From the NCBI GenBank assembly GCA_030141605.1, contig JAQGDQ010000655.1:1-64000 (forward strand): a stretch of DNA of 64,000 bases. Reading direction: 5' to 3'. This stretch comes from Tubiluchus corallicola (Eukaryota > Animalia > Priapulida). Position 1 is the first letter of the stretch. Each line of letters begins with the position of its first letter. Below, one piece after another: positions 63,883 through 64,000 of the stretch. The notes below the pieces were generated by a model. It was not told where the DNA came from. It made no database searches and worked only from the letters and a program-made list of their open reading frames with translations. A program made the translations under genes and the position numbers.

Positions 63883-64000
63883 TTTTGCATGAACATTAGG
63901 TAAGCTGTAAAAGCTTAACTAGTTCAAGCAGCATGTGCATTCGGAAAGCCGCAATATATACTTATGTCAGCTGCATCATGTTTCAAGTGAAGGCCGTTAG

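Overview
AT-rich, repeat-dense genomic DNA from an intron-containing eukaryote, almost certainly an invertebrate animal; most ORFs in the track are artefacts of microsatellites or antisense frames. Three protein-coding loci were rebuilt by hand from GT-AG sites and reading-frame phase. (1) A 4-exon FkbM/Methyltransf_21 SAM-dependent methyltransferase with an N-terminal signal anchor (+, 9085-16841, 346 aa). (2) A tandemly duplicated ~4 kb unit carrying a small-exon gene for a single-pass membrane protein I do not recognise, only fragmentarily and mostly out of frame in the ORF track (+, 20844-24296 and 25907-29624). (3) The 3' 22 exons of a PRRC2/BAT2/nocte orthologue (-, 33885-63129; the 5' end lies beyond the window). 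PRRC2 introns hold two well-formed C/D-box snoRNA candidates, one with an 11-nt 28S rRNA guide. They also hold a PAR-bZIP D-box-like minisatellite and complementary segments flanking a symmetric exon. The rest is MITEs (TTAA/Kolobok-like, hAT, Tc1-mariner), LINE and BEL/Pao relics, a perfect 249-bp-arm palindrome, and compound micro- and minisatellites.
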